Shown one piece after another: positions 21,315-34,034 of a stretch of DNA of 64,000 bases. The notes beneath the pieces were generated by a model. That model was not told the DNA's origin, did no database searches, and worked only from the letters and a program-made list of their open reading frames with translations. Origin of the DNA: Fimicolochytrium jonesii (Eukaryota). Every line of letters starts with the position of its first letter. Position 1 is the first letter of the stretch. The translations under genes were made by a program, and so were the position numbers. The DNA is taken from the NCBI RefSeq assembly GCF_025526975.1, contig NW_026515678.1, positions 186,001-250,000 of the forward strand, given 5' to 3'.

Positions 21315-23509
21315 TCATCCCTGCCGTCCAATATTCAGCATACTCTTCAAATCATAACTGATCCGCGCCAACACGCTCTGCTCGTCCTTAACCGGTTCCA
21401 ACTGCCTATATTGTTGGTGGTGATGGTCACCCCCCACCGGACCCGAATGCGGGGGCACCAACGCCGAAACGTGTAGCGGCAAAGACTGGTGTCGCGTAGC
21501 AGTTCCGGAGGGTAAGGCCGGTGTGGGGCCGGGCGGGGAGGATTGGCCGGCTTGCCCGCCGTAGGTGGAGGGGTGAGTATAATCGTCGCCTCCGTACATG
21601 AAGGGTGTGGAAGGCGCGGAGGAGACTGAGTTGCGGTTGTTGTTGTGGGTCAGGCTGTGAGAGGCGGTGAAGGGGTGGTTTTCGTGGTGGTTCATGTGGA
21701 AACCGGAAGAAGCGTGATCCTGCTGATGGTGTGGGTGTCGGTGCGCCTGATTTGCGTTGACACCGGCCCGCGTGAGCAGCGACAACAAATCGCGCGATTT
21801 CTGCCTCAGCTCCTCGTCATTATAGATATGCTCTCCGGTATCGCGCTGCTGCTCATCATCCATGGAAAACAATTCGAGGTCCTTAACTTGCTGCTGGTGC
21901 TGATGGGGGTGGTGCATGTTGACACCATGGCTCAAGTTGTGACTACGCTGGTGAGATCCCGCAACGTTCGCAAGCGCTTCGTGGGAGACGGTGCGGGTGG
22001 GTCCGCGGGGGAGGTGCTCAGTGAGATGATGCATGCCCGGGCCTGGGAGAGAGGACGATTCCATGTAGGCGTCGTGGTGGTGGTGATGATGATGGTCCGG
22101 TTGGATGAATGCGCCCGCATTCGGGAAGAGAGTTTTCGGACCTGTGCTGTTGCGGTTCGAGAAGGTTGGCATGGGCAGCGCGCTTGCCGCGGGCGAGTTC
22201 TGGAAGGTTGCTCCGGCGTACAGGGCGTCGTTCTTGGAGGGGCTAGTTATGATAGCATCTCCTTGTGGATTCTCTGCGGGGTTTCGCGTGGTCGAGTCTG
22301 AGGGAATGAGGGACTTTGCCATTTGTTGCAGACGGAGATCGGGCGCGCTCAACCGGCGTTGCCTCTGCGAAGGTGTTGTGGACGTCTGCGGAACTCTAAT
22401 CAAAGATATCGGCAATGATGGGAGCACATGCATGAGTACGCCGCGTCAGCTTTTGGAGTTGTAACAAGGCTTACAAACCTGCGGGATGTTTGCGGAAAAA
22501 AAACCGGGTAGATGACCGGATACTCCTCGGCCAGGGCGGCATTCTCACGTTGATTGTCAACGCGTTTGCCGTTCCCGTTCCCGTTGCTACTTTGATGCAC
22601 CGAAGCTGAATTGTCGCTATTGTTATTGTTCCGACGCTTCCTGGCAGACGTTGTTCCGTTTTCAGCAGCTCGTCCAGCGTCAACTCCGGGAATCCCAACG
22701 TTGTTATTGTGCGGTTTTCCGGTCTTGACTTCGCTGTGGTTGGGTTGCGCTTTTCCCGTTCTGGACTTTTCCTGCTGCTGTGTTGTTTCCTTGCGGCTTG
22801 CTTTCGTCGGGGTCGTGAATGATGCTCCCACAGGCTTTGCGTCTGATGGTTTCGGGGCGACTCCATTTGCCGCCGGTGTAGCACCATTGATATTGTTGCT
22901 GCTGATATTGGGGTCGGTGTGGTTGCGCTGAGCTCTTTGGCCTCGCCTAGAGGACTCCCGTCCAGTAGATTCTCCCGAATCTTTCCTCTGCAATTCAGAA
23001 GTTCGAACTTGTTCGACATTTAGGGCAGTTTGGTTGTTGTTGTTGGACTTTCGAGATGCGCCGTTGTTGTTGCGTGCTGGGAATTGCGAGGATTCACAGA
23101 TTAGATTTCTCTCAAGAGACAAGGTGGGATGGGGCGGTGAATGAAACGAAGCGACGGATGGTTGGCCGTTCAAGGGTTCGCTCGCAAAAGCATTCGCCGC
23201 GCCGAGGCCACTTATTGCGACTGCGTTCGTCCTCGCTGACGCTCGGTATTACAGGGGTCTCGCTTCGCTCGGCGCACGCTGAAACTAACCTTTTCCCGAG
23301 CTGACGCTCCTGTTCCTCGCCTGGCCAGCCTGATTCGTGGTGGTTGCTGCTATCTGAGTAACCGAAGGCTGTGGCGGCAGCTCACCCCGTTTGAGAATCG
23401 TTCGTGGGGAACTTGGAGCAATTCCTGCGGCATGTTGGATCTGGTGGTGGTGTCCGCCTCCTCCTAAGCCTGCTGAGTTTGCGCGGGGCATTTTGACCGC
23501 TAGCGACAT
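21315..23509 (-). CDS. Edc1/PNRC-like mRNA decapping activator (disordered, multi-exon)
   Basis: LYAGATFQNSPAASALPMPTF (22161-22223) is the YAGxxF activation motif plus the LPxP Dcp1-EVH1 ligand. It lies in Asn/His/Gln-rich disordered exons 23509-23290, about 23077-22520 and about 22384-21315. Confidence 0.8.
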
Positions 23510-24552
23510 ATTGCTGTATTATTGTTGTTGTTGATGGTAATGGTGATGTTGTGAAGGCAGTTGCAAGCGCAGCGACCATTACGGTTCTGACTGGGAAGAG
23601 TACGGGTTTTGTTTGCAACTTTGTCACAGGGGAGGAACCCCAAGGGTGATGCCTTGCAAGGGTAAGGGGAGGTGGTGAGAGACCCTGGTGTGTTGCGAGA
23701 CAGACTGTTGTTGAAAATAAGACCCGATGTGGGATGGTCCGGTGGAGCAGTTCTCTGTCGAAATGTGGTTTTGGGGAATTCGGTTTCCCCGTTTTCACTG
23801 GCCGCCGCCTTTTGTACGCCGGACTAGGTCTGCAGCAGCTGATGAGAGTGTTGAAAGCACTGAGCGATGGCGTTTTCTGAGGGTGACTGCAAATAGGCAC
23901 CCTGAATACTCTCTCGCGGGAAAGCTTACAGCGGTTTGGGTGGGGGGTGGGGGGGGGGAAGGTGTTTGTTGCTTGTTCCACAAATATGTTACAGGAAACA
24001 GAGAACTGGGCTGCTTGAGCGAGGACCGACGAAGCGTGAGGCTGATTCCAGTACGATAGCGTTTTGAGTTGAAGAGAGTGTAGGACGTGCGAATGAGAGT
24101 TCCGTGGGGAAATTCAGCTGATGCAATGTGGTGGTGGTGGTCGTCGTTCTGCTTGGCGTGCTTTGGTTTGCCTTGCGCTGGAAGTTGGAACCTTCACGGG
24201 GCAAAGCGGCCGTCGATGGGAGTGATGACACTGCCCTTAGCATATCATTATGTCCCCCCCCCCATATCGGGCCAGTGCCGAATTAATTATGGACGGTAAC
24301 CCTAATCCTCCTGACGTGCTCCTCCTAAATAGAACTTCGACCCTCCGAATCCTGCTCCTTGGCTGGGCAAACGACGGAATCAACGTCCGACGGACATCTG
24401 GGTGTTCAAGTTGTCTGGGAGAAACCAAGTCTATAACGGACGACGATCGTAGTAAAAAGCATCTTCATAAATCAAAAGTGACCAAGGTATAAAAGCTGTC
24501 AAAGAATATGCTCTAGCCCTAACAGTGTTCAAAAATCCCCTACTCTTGTCGA

Positions 24553-25779
24553 TCACACATCCTCCGAATCCTCCGTAGTACCCTTGACACTCAACACCGG
24601 CTTAGCCGACTTCAAATGCGTCGCCGCCGACCTGCTCGTCTTATTAATACTGCTCTCCTGCCTGGTCCGTTCATTCGCAACCGCAATACTCGTCTTCGAC
24701 AGCATCATATCCGCGGCATAATACGCCAGGCGGGAGTTATCCCAGTTGTCAAAGAACCAGCGAACGAACGGGTTGGCGGGCGTGTTAGGGATGAGGAAGA
24801 TAAAGACGAGCCCGAGGTCGATGAGGTTGAGAAAGAGGAGACGCGTGCCGGCTTGCTCGAGGAGGAGCGTGCCTTTGGATTTGCTGTGCAGGAAGGCGTC
24901 GGATTTGGTGAGGCGATAGATCTCGCGGGCGAAGATGAAGATGATTGGGCCCGAGGCGACGACTGTGGGGGAGGTGAGGAAGATTAGCACGCTTATCTGA
25001 TCAATGTCCGCCACCAAATGAGGGATGAGATTTCGTCTTGGAGCGGGTTGTACATACCTCCAGCGATGGACACAATAGCCATGCCCGTGCGGATGGAAAC
25101 CCAGAAGCTGGTCTGCGAGACGACAAAGGTGTCCCACGTGCGTCCAAAGATGATAGCGATGGACGCGAGCACAAAGATGGCCGTCTGCCACCAGGGCAGG
25201 GTGCGCTGGAGGCTTTTCACGACAATCGCATTGTACTAAACCAAGACAGAGGAACATGATGTTGGCATGTGCGACTGCATCTCTCCAGCCGCGAGTGTTT
25301 TAGAAGATGGATTGAAGGACCTACCACGATCTCCGTGATGCGCACAAACGCCGCCATGAGAGCCTGGATCGCCCACACCGGTTTCTGCTGGGCATTAGTG
25401 GCGTCGTCGACGACGCCCATGGTGTAGACGATGAACACCATGAGCACATGCAACCACTGGAAATGCGAAAGGCAATGGTGAGCCTTCCCATTCGTGCCAG
25501 GTGCTTTCGCTTTCCGCTCAATCCGGGGGGAAGTACGTACATCAAAGAGCACCCCCACCAAGAGAGTGTCCCACAACTTGCTGCGAGGTAGGATCATCCA
25601 GCAGTAAGGGATCCCAGTCATGCGATGATCTATCATGAGAAACCAGTAAGTCCTGTGCTGGAAAGCGTCGGTGTTCAGACTCCGAGGGCGATAAAAATGC
25701 AGACCTTGACGGAATTCCATCCTTGATTGATGTCCCCATACAGCGTCCCCAAGTTGTCGGCAGAGAAATCAGGTGCCAT
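24553..25779 (-). CDS. Multi-exon polytopic membrane protein (possibly 7TM/GPCR-like), function unknown
   Basis: Spliced frame MAPDFSADNLGTLYGDINQGWNSVK|HRTYWFLMIDH...LLVGVLFD|WLHVLMVFIVYTMGV..., followed by several hydrophobic helices and a polar C-terminal tail. Confidence 0.6.
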
Positions 25780-27009
25780 GATTCTGTCAGTTTCTTTAAC
25801 AACGGTCGGATAAGGAACACAGGCGTAGATGAATGTTTCCTAGCAAGACTTTCTGATGTCGTGGGGCTAGTCGAGGGGATGCGTTCCTCGCCACCGCCGT
25901 TTTATAGCCATGGCCGTCGGCTTCTGGAAGCCTCGCAACGCCCTCAGTAGAGTCAACAACCACACAGAAGCATCAGGAGCTCCCGCATATTCTCCCGTCC
26001 CCCGTTACAGCGTCGTTTCCACCAAAAATAGTACGTCGTTGTCATCGAACGAGATGTCGAAGCTTGCGAGGAAGGGATATTCTTTGAACATGCCAATGGC
26101 CAGTGGTGAAGCCGGGAAAGAATAAGACTCAAAACAAAGCCTTTTTGTTGCTGTTCGTGTACCGTATTGCACTAGGTTGTGCAGGTAATTCAATGCCGTT
26201 GAACGACGGATGACCGTGCGGGTGCTGGTGCGGGTGGGCAAACAAAGGACTAGCGGCGAATTGAGAGCGCAAGGAGGACCCTGGCGACGCATCGTGCGCA
26301 AGCTTATCGGGCTGGGTGGGAGGTACAGCTAACAAGGGCGGCACGCTGCACGCTAACGTAAACAAACAGCGGGGGGCTGAGTTCGTCCATGGAAGCTTCC
26401 AACTTCCATTGCTTCTAGAAGGATGATCCCATCCGGATTCTTCCGTCGAGTGGGCGATTACTACAGGTACTCGCATACCTTCGTTCACGAGGTACTCCGC
26501 TGGTCCCGTGCGGCGGCATGCTAGCAGTACGTACAGGAGAGTCCTCTTGCCTTCGTCGATGATGACGATGAGTTGAGCGGTGAGGTTCCCACGTTGCGAA
26601 AGTGACAGCACAGAAATGACGCCTGGGAACTCGGTCGATGCCATACGGGCAGTTTTTGCCATACGGACAACCTATGAGTTGGGCAAGAAGACCCCCCAAT
26701 TTAAAGCAGCCTCCTTTTCCACTCTGGATCTGATTCTGCATCCGATAGTCGTATGTACACATGGTAACACCTTTCTCCAACAAGACAATTCCCACGCGCA
26801 TCGATCGGAGACCGGAGACCGGAGACCAGCTCGCAAAAGCGCAATGTGACAGATGTGCTCCCCGGTCTATCCTACGCGACCACGCAATAGTGTCCCGGTG
26901 GCCTCTCGCACAATGTAGGTTAGCTTTGAGGGGTTTGCTGTGCGCGGACATGGGTAAAGCGCGGGCGGAATGGCGCTTTTTGGCTGCAAAAGTTTGCGTG
27001 AGGCGGCTT

Positions 27010-28145
27010 TTAAGCTTTGATGATGTGCTCTAGGCCTTCTGCGATGCTTTTCCGTAGCTGCAGGGTGAAGGGTTGGGACAGGTAGTCAGTAAGGTGAACG
27101 GGTATGATTGGCTTGTGCACCTCTTCCCTTAGAGATCATCACAATCCCAACCGCACTACACCGGAAACACACCTTTTCCGATATAACCTTTTTCCCATCC
27201 AAAAGATACCCCTCAAAAAACCGCTCAGCAACCCACCGATTCCTCACAACAGTCTTCTCCACCCCCTCATGCACCATCCTCAACTCCCCTCCCTCCGTCT
27301 TGACGAACACAAACACCTCCCCCTTCGCCACCTTCCCCGCCGGAAATGCCGCCCGCAACTCATCCATCGCTTCCAATACACCCTTCTTCTCTTCGGGTGT
27401 CAGCATCGCGTCTTCGGCTGCCAGCTGACGCGTCAGGATGCGCATGAACCCGTTGCGCAGATGCGGGCCGTCGGTGTTTCGCACCGGTGAGATGCGCAGT
27501 GCGAGTGGGGTCGAGGTATCTCGTGTGAGCGGGGCCGTGAAGTCGGAGAGTGTGGCGGGGGTGTAGGATTTGAACGACGGGGAGGAGCGCAGGCGGGCGA
27601 TGGAGGGTGTAGAGATGTAGTAGCCGATGGTGTAGACGGAGACGTTGAGGAAGGTGACTTGCCGGACGCCTAGGCCGAGGAGGGTGAAGTGTTGCGGGGT
27701 TGCGCCGAGGGTTAGGGTGAGGGTTGTTGGGATGGGCTTCTTCGTAACTGGTTCTTCTGATGAATCGACAGGTATGAGTTTCCGGATTTCATCTCCCAAA
27801 CGCATTCCCCTGCTAGAAAGGTTGTAATTCCTCACCGACCACCGCCTCCGTCTCTTTCACTTCGTCAGCCGATACGACCTTGGTGAGGAAACATCCCGCC
27901 GACAAGACCGCAAGCATCGCAACAAAAGCAGCAGCGCCACTGTGTCCAGAGTCAGCCCTCCCCTCCCCAATCTCACGCCGCCTCGGGACGGCCGTCGTCG
28001 ACAGTGATCTTGGCGCTTGCAGTGTGGGTATTGTGGGCAATGCGGAACGAAGTTGGAAACAGGGACGTAGGACATGCTTAGGTGCGCCGTCTGCTGCTCT
28101 AGACAGCAGACGGCGCTGGAGGAGTATCGTATGGTGTGCGTGCAT
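27010..28145 (-). CDS. Mitochondrial chalcone-isomerase-fold protein (Aim18/Aim46-like)
   Basis: Arg-rich presequence-like N-terminus and a TM segment. LLGLGVRQVTFLNVSVYTIGYY and LRISPVRNTDGPHLRNGF. Last exon LRKSIAEGLEHIIKA*. Confidence 0.88.
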
Positions 28146-28503
28146 CGGGACGAGGTTCTGCTTCAGGACGTGCAGGATCGGTGCGAAAATGCTCAGGAAA
28201 CACGAGCGAGAAAAAGGTCAGAAATGGTCGCGCGCGTTTCTCCGCGCAGATCCAGGGTCACAGTCTCACAAAACCGAGAACCTCGCCGACCGAAACACGA
28301 GCAGACCCCCATGAACAACAGAAAGCTAAAGCTTCGCCCACAACTATGATGAAAAATGGGTCTGTTGCAGGTATCATGGTACATAAGAAGCAAGAGGCGG
28401 GGAGTGGAAGTGTGTAGGGGGTGATCAAAGGGTTTTGTTTTCTAAAGTTCGACTAATGAAATGGAGGGAGCCGTTGTTCGTTTCCCCCGCAACCTCATTC
28501 AAT

Positions 28504-31031
28504 CTAAAAGTCCTTGACGAAAGCCCCCAGGGTCTCCTTAATCTTCGCATCAGTCTCCGGCGAAATCGCATTCTCCTTCTTGATGTTCTCAAAGATTTGC
28601 GGTGCATTGGCCTGCACGTATGGGATGACGGCGGCCTCGAACGCAGTCACCTTGTCGACGGGGATTTTGTCGAGAAATCCGTTGACTCCCGCGTAAATGA
28701 TGACGACCATGTGCTCCACGGACAGAGGGGTGTACTGCTTTTGCTTCAGCAGCTCGGTGAGGCGCGCACCACGGTTCAGGAGGAACTGGGTTGAGGCGTC
28801 GAGGTCGGATCCGAACTGGGCGAACGCCGCGACTTCACGGTATTGCGCGAGGAAGAGTTTCAGGGAACCGGCGACTTGTTTCATGGCCTTGACTTGGGCG
28901 GCGGAACCGACACGGGACACGGACAGACCGACGTTAATGGCTGGGCGGACACCTATGGGGTTCGGTCGGAAATAATATAGTCAGTTTCACTGACTCGGCG
29001 AAACCATTGGAGTCAACCATCGGAATCAACGCATCGAACCGCTTACCCTTGAAGAACAATTCGGCTTCCAAGAAGATCTGTCCATCAGTGATGGAAATGA
29101 CGTTCGTGGGAATGTAAGCAGACACATCTCCTCCTTGTGTCTCGATGACGGGCAGCGCCGTCATGGAACCACCTCCTTGAGTTTTGTTCATCTTGGCGGC
29201 ACGCTCGAGGAGACGAGAGTGGAGGTAGAAAACGTCACCACTGTGTAGGAAAGAAGTGAAGTGGATTAACATGCTTGGAAAGTCCATTTCCTTCAACCCT
29301 AGAAAAGACCCTCGATTACTTACGGGTAGGCCTCACGACCTGGAGGACGACGCAACAGCAGTGACATTTGACGGTAGGCAACGGCCTGCTTTGACAAATC
29401 GTCGTAGATGATGAGGGAGTGCATTCCGTTGTCACGGAAGTACTCTCCCATGGCAGCTCCAGAGTAGGGGGCCAAGAACTGGAGGGGGGCAGCGTCGGAA
29501 GCGGTGGCGGCAACAATGATGGAGTATTTGAGAGCGTCTGATGTGGGGATAAACAATGAGGTTGTGTCCACAAAGCGTGCTAACCGAGGAATGGCCAAAA
29601 GCTTACCGTTCTCCTCAAGAGTCTGAACGAACTGCGCAACAGTGGAACGCTTCTGTCCAACAGCAACGTACACACAGTACAACTTCTTGGCCTCGTCGCT
29701 TCCCGAGTTCCACCTCTTCTGGTTGAGGATAGTGTCGAGGGCAACGGCGGTCTTTCCAGTTTGACGGTCTCCAATGATCAACTCACGCTGACCACGCCCG
29801 ATAGGGACCATGGAGTCGATACACTTAATACCCGTTTGCATGGGCTGCTTGACGGATTCACGGGGAATGATACCGGGGGCCTTGACTTGCACACGTTGAC
29901 GCTTCACATCGACAAGAGGGCCCTATGGTGCGGAAAGATATGTTGGTCTCTGAATTTGCTGTGGGGAAGAACCCTCACTGAGATGACATTGATACATACC
30001 TTGCCATCGATGGGGTTTCCGAGAGCATCAACGACACGGCCAAGCAGACCGCGACCGACGGGCACATCGACAATGGCGCCGGTACGTTTTACGATATCTC
30101 CCTCCTTGATGAGACGGTCGTTACCGAAAACGACGACACCGACGTTGTCGGCTTCCAAGTTCAAGGCTTGACCCTGGTGAGGGTGAGGGTGACCCGGATT
30201 AGTTACACAGATTCATGAGCGCCAGATGGTCGACAAGCATTGTGCAATAAAAACGACCGTTCGCGGTCGCCTCACAGTGGAAGAAAACGGCCCGCTTTGG
30301 CGCGGGAATCCTCCACTCGCAGGGGTACTCGCGACCGCCCGAGGCTCCCGTCGCCAACATCGCCAACGCATTCGCTACCGCCCGGGTCCCCCATCGCAAC
30401 CCAGGGCTTACCTTCAGGCCCGAAGAAAATTCCACCATCTCCTCGGCTTGGACATTGCGGAGACCGTAGACACGAGCAATACCGTCACCAATAGACAGCA
30501 CACGACCAGTTTCCTGGATGTTTCCCTCAGCACCCTCACTTCCAAGGATGCGGCTTTCGAGGATCGAGGAGACCTCAGCGGTGCCTGGTTGGATGCGTGA
30601 CTCGTTAGCTTTAGAACAGGCGCAAAAAAGTGCACATCACAGCCCAGCGCTGCTCTCCCGAAGGATATACATACCAGGCTTGGCAGCCAAAGCACGAGTG
30701 CTGGTTCCGAATGACCGTGCCTAAGAGAAATCGGCAGTGAAGACCCAATCAGTATGAAAGCTGGGAATCGAAATGCCCGCCCTCGCTCAGTTTCTAGTGC
30801 CTCCAGCCATTCTGCTCCCTCTCGCAGCCGCTCCGTCCATAAGCTCAGTCTGTGCAACACCGGCAATCAAGACATCGGGGTCGTCGGCACAGAAGTGGCG
30901 ATCACCTCGATTTTCGGGAGAAGCCGGAAGGCGTCGGTGAAGTCGTCGGATATAGCGACGTAGTGGGTGCTGGGAGAGAGAGTACTTACCAGACCAAGAC
31001 GGACGGCGGGAGAGGCGATACCCTTCATCAT
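28504..31031 (-). CDS. ATP1: Mitochondrial F1-ATP synthase alpha subunit (multi-exon)
   Basis: [26 protein letters not shown] (Walker A), [44 protein letters not shown] and [18 protein letters not shown]. Confidence 0.98.
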
Positions 31032-32159
31032 GGTGGGCGAGCGTATATGGAGTTTATATAGTCTAAGTGTATACGTAGAGAGATGGAAGCTAACGTCGCG
31101 AGCGTGGGAAAACCGCACACTCTTCTGTTCATGTCGGCTTGGAGGCGATTTCAAAATCGGATGATGGATATCAGACACTGGTAAGTCACAGTGTTTTATC
31201 CCGCATGGACCATGGTGCACCCGACGTCTTGATGCCTGGACACAGTGGAATCTGCTCAATCCGGTGCTCAGCCGAACCCTTATATCCGCAGTCTTCAAGT
31301 CCGCATATCATTCAATTCCTGTGTTCCAGATAGGAGGAGGAGAAGGAAAAGGAGAAATCCTTTCGAAGGAAAAGTCCTGTCAGCGTAAGAGCACAGATTC
31401 CTGATCTAAACGAGGTGCAAGATTTAATAGCTACCAGTGGGACCTATACATTCTGATGTATTCAGAAATACCACCGGCCTCACGCATCAATGCTCTAGGC
31501 TCCATCCTATCAATCAGCTGAGAATGTGAGGCAATGGGTCGTCTTTCTCTCAGGTCTTATGGCAGTCGCAATGACTGTATTCGCTCTTCCAACTTGGCGC
31601 CGGGGCAGCCATCGACAGAGTGTTCCGGAAAGGTGAACTGCTTCGATGTAGTTTCTGAGGCAACATCTGAAACTACACCTGAAATTAGGCTTACGGTAGG
31701 ACCTGGACATGGCCATGGACGCTTGACGTGAGTTGGGCTGATATCTCACTGAGCTTAGGCCGAGCAATTCGGAGAATTTGATCTGGGCCGGATTTTCTTT
31801 CTCATTCGCTTGTTTCTCTTGAGCCGTTGGCAATACTCGAAAGCTTCTTGCTTAGAACTGATGAACAATCCTTTTCCGTTTACGCCTTGCTCCTTGATGC
31901 GTTGACGTGATGTTAGAGCCCATCCGATGCCTCATCGGAGGATTTCACGTACTACGGAAAACGACCCATTGTAGACTCCTGTCCATCGCTCGCTCTCATG
32001 TCTTCCCAGCTCTCTCTCCATCCCACGGTTAAAATCCCTTGGCTAGACTGAGTTACTCCACTGCCAGTGCTATATACCTCCATGAATTCATCGGGCCGTA
32101 CGATGACCACATTCTCTCGGGAGCGTCTAGGCCCCTTACGGGTCCCCCGTCTCCTCAAG

Positions 32160-32774
32160 CTAACGATTCACCTGAACAGCAGCCGACTCACCAGCACTTG
32201 ACGATGGATCATCCCTCAGCGTTGACTCCTCAGAGTCAATGATTGACCTTAGCGCCGATATTTCCGCTTGGGATGTCGACAGTCCACTCGCCACATCACA
32301 CTCCACAACAATATCCAGAACCGGCCAAACCTCCGGATTCATCCTCGCTTCCACCGTATACGTGAACGGTCCCAGCTTAAGCTCCGCCCTCGGGTGTGCA
32401 GAAGCCGGGCCCTGCCGCACCATATCCTCCTCAATCCTCTCGAGATGCTCCGGGCCCCTAACGTCCCCGTCCATCCTCCCCACATAAACCCGCGCAGCCA
32501 GCACACTCTCCCTATCCACATCAAAGTCCACCTTGAACTGAACACATAACTCCGCTTTGAGAGGTTCGAGGGAGTATCGGATGGCGGTGAGGTCGCTGGC
32601 GCGTACGGTGGATGCGAAGAAGAAGGGGGACTGGGACTCGTGGGCACCGACGTGGGATTGGAAAGCGAAATTGAGGTGCGGGGTGGTTGTGCGAGCGGTG
32701 AGGATGTCGCCGTGGGTTAGGGGGCAGGAGGTGCGGTTGACGACTCGGATGCGCAGTTTGAGGTTGTCTCTCAT
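32160..32774 (-). CDS. Actinoporin-like beta-sandwich protein without signal peptide or N-terminal helix, with C-terminal extension
   Basis: Start in CACAATG context below a TATA at 32932-32940. By eye it aligns with the actinoporin core: [10 protein letters not shown] ~ [35 protein letters not shown] ~ [40 protein letters not shown] ~ [31 protein letters not shown] ~ SRGFMNSSGHAILEIHV. Confidence 0.65.
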   Translation of the reverse strand: [204 protein letters not shown]

Positions 32775-33552
32775 TGTGAATGGAGAGGGCGGATCGAGTA
32801 TTGGTTGCGATTGCAACCTTTGCCCAAAAGCTGCTAAGCTGTGTTACTTCCTGCACGACTCGCGCGTCGCCCGACACCAAGGAGCACGCTTCCTTCATCT
32901 GCACAGAAATGCCAAATACCACGCTCCCGCCTATATATATACATTCCAGCGATGAACCGCACTGGAGCTTTTCACAGACTCGAAGCACTGCTTTGGAGTT
33001 CAGGTCATGCATCACGTTCATTCATTATGGAACGCTAAATAAGCGAAAATCTCGAAAGATCCCGTCCACCGAACAACGCATAGTGTCCAAAACCCAAGCG
33101 CCAGATAATAGGGGGGAAGTCCACATGCTCTGTACATGTACAGTACGTGCCCCCGCCAGTAGGGATTTGAAGCGATTCGCTTACATCCCCCCAACGTCAC
33201 GCACCTGTTCAATGCTCACACGGACGCTACGCATCTGGCATCTACCTCCCTCTTATGCTCTTAGCTTCCGATCGAGCCGTCCTGAATGCTTGTAGTCAAA
33301 TCAGCCGCTCTCTCCGTCCCCGAATTGCAAAATGTCAAATACTAATGTCCAGCCGCAAATTCAAATCCTCGTGACTTCCCGGTGTCGGGCTGTTCGACCA
33401 TTGCATAAAACTGAAGCTTCCTCTCCCCTAGCCTCCTCCCGGATCGCAGGTGGTCTTCTGTGAGCCGCCTTTTATGCTCCGTCCTGCACCTCTGGGCCAC
33501 GCCGATATGCTTCAGAAAACCTAGTCTCCACATTCGCGATCTCTTCTTCACC

Positions 33553-34034
33553 ATGAGCTCGCAGTCATCATCTGCAAGCCAACGAAACCCGGTCATGCCC
33601 ATCACCCTGGCGCTATCCTCAACTTCGATCACGAGCCCCACTTTCACCCGCCGAGAATGGGAATGCTTCCACTGCCGCAAGACTCCCCAGCGAAGGATTT
33701 GCAGGATCACGAGTTATCATGCGAACAGGCCCCTCCGAAGACGGGCCGTTTACCCGCCGAATGCGACGTTGATGCACCCAAGATTCACGAATGTCCGCAC
33801 GGATCCACGTTCGGCCACTCTCCACCTCGGGCGGCGTCCTCGGCCTCCAGCACACATACAGATCGTGCAGCCTCTGTCGCGAGCGGTATCCCACAGACGA
33901 GACACCGGAACGCCAGGCCAACTGCGAGAACTTCATGGAGGTGGTATATCTGTGCCCATACCGCCTGGAAGACTGCCACAAGAGCCTTGAGAGGAGGCAA
34001 TCTGGAAGTATCTTCGTGAATGTCCACACAAATG
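33553..34034 (+). pseudogene. Frameshifted paralog of the Zn-finger region of the downstream paracaspase gene
   Basis: Three frame changes reconstruct WECFHCRKT/AKDLQDHELSCEQAPPKTGRLPAECDVDAPKIHECPHGSTFGHS...SSTH/TYRSCSLCRERYP...NCENFMEVVYLCPYRLEDCHKSLE/EEAIWKYLRECPHK**. This matches the repeats of 34841-35690. Confidence 0.75.

Noticed and set aside
25900..26950. Possible decayed gene (weak ankyrin-like AEYLVNEG fragment)
   Set aside because: Fragmentary ORFs with no motif I can support.
31330..31950. Lower-GC stretch beside the actinoporin-like gene as a transposon remnant
   Set aside because: No transposase, RT or terminal-repeat signature is visible.
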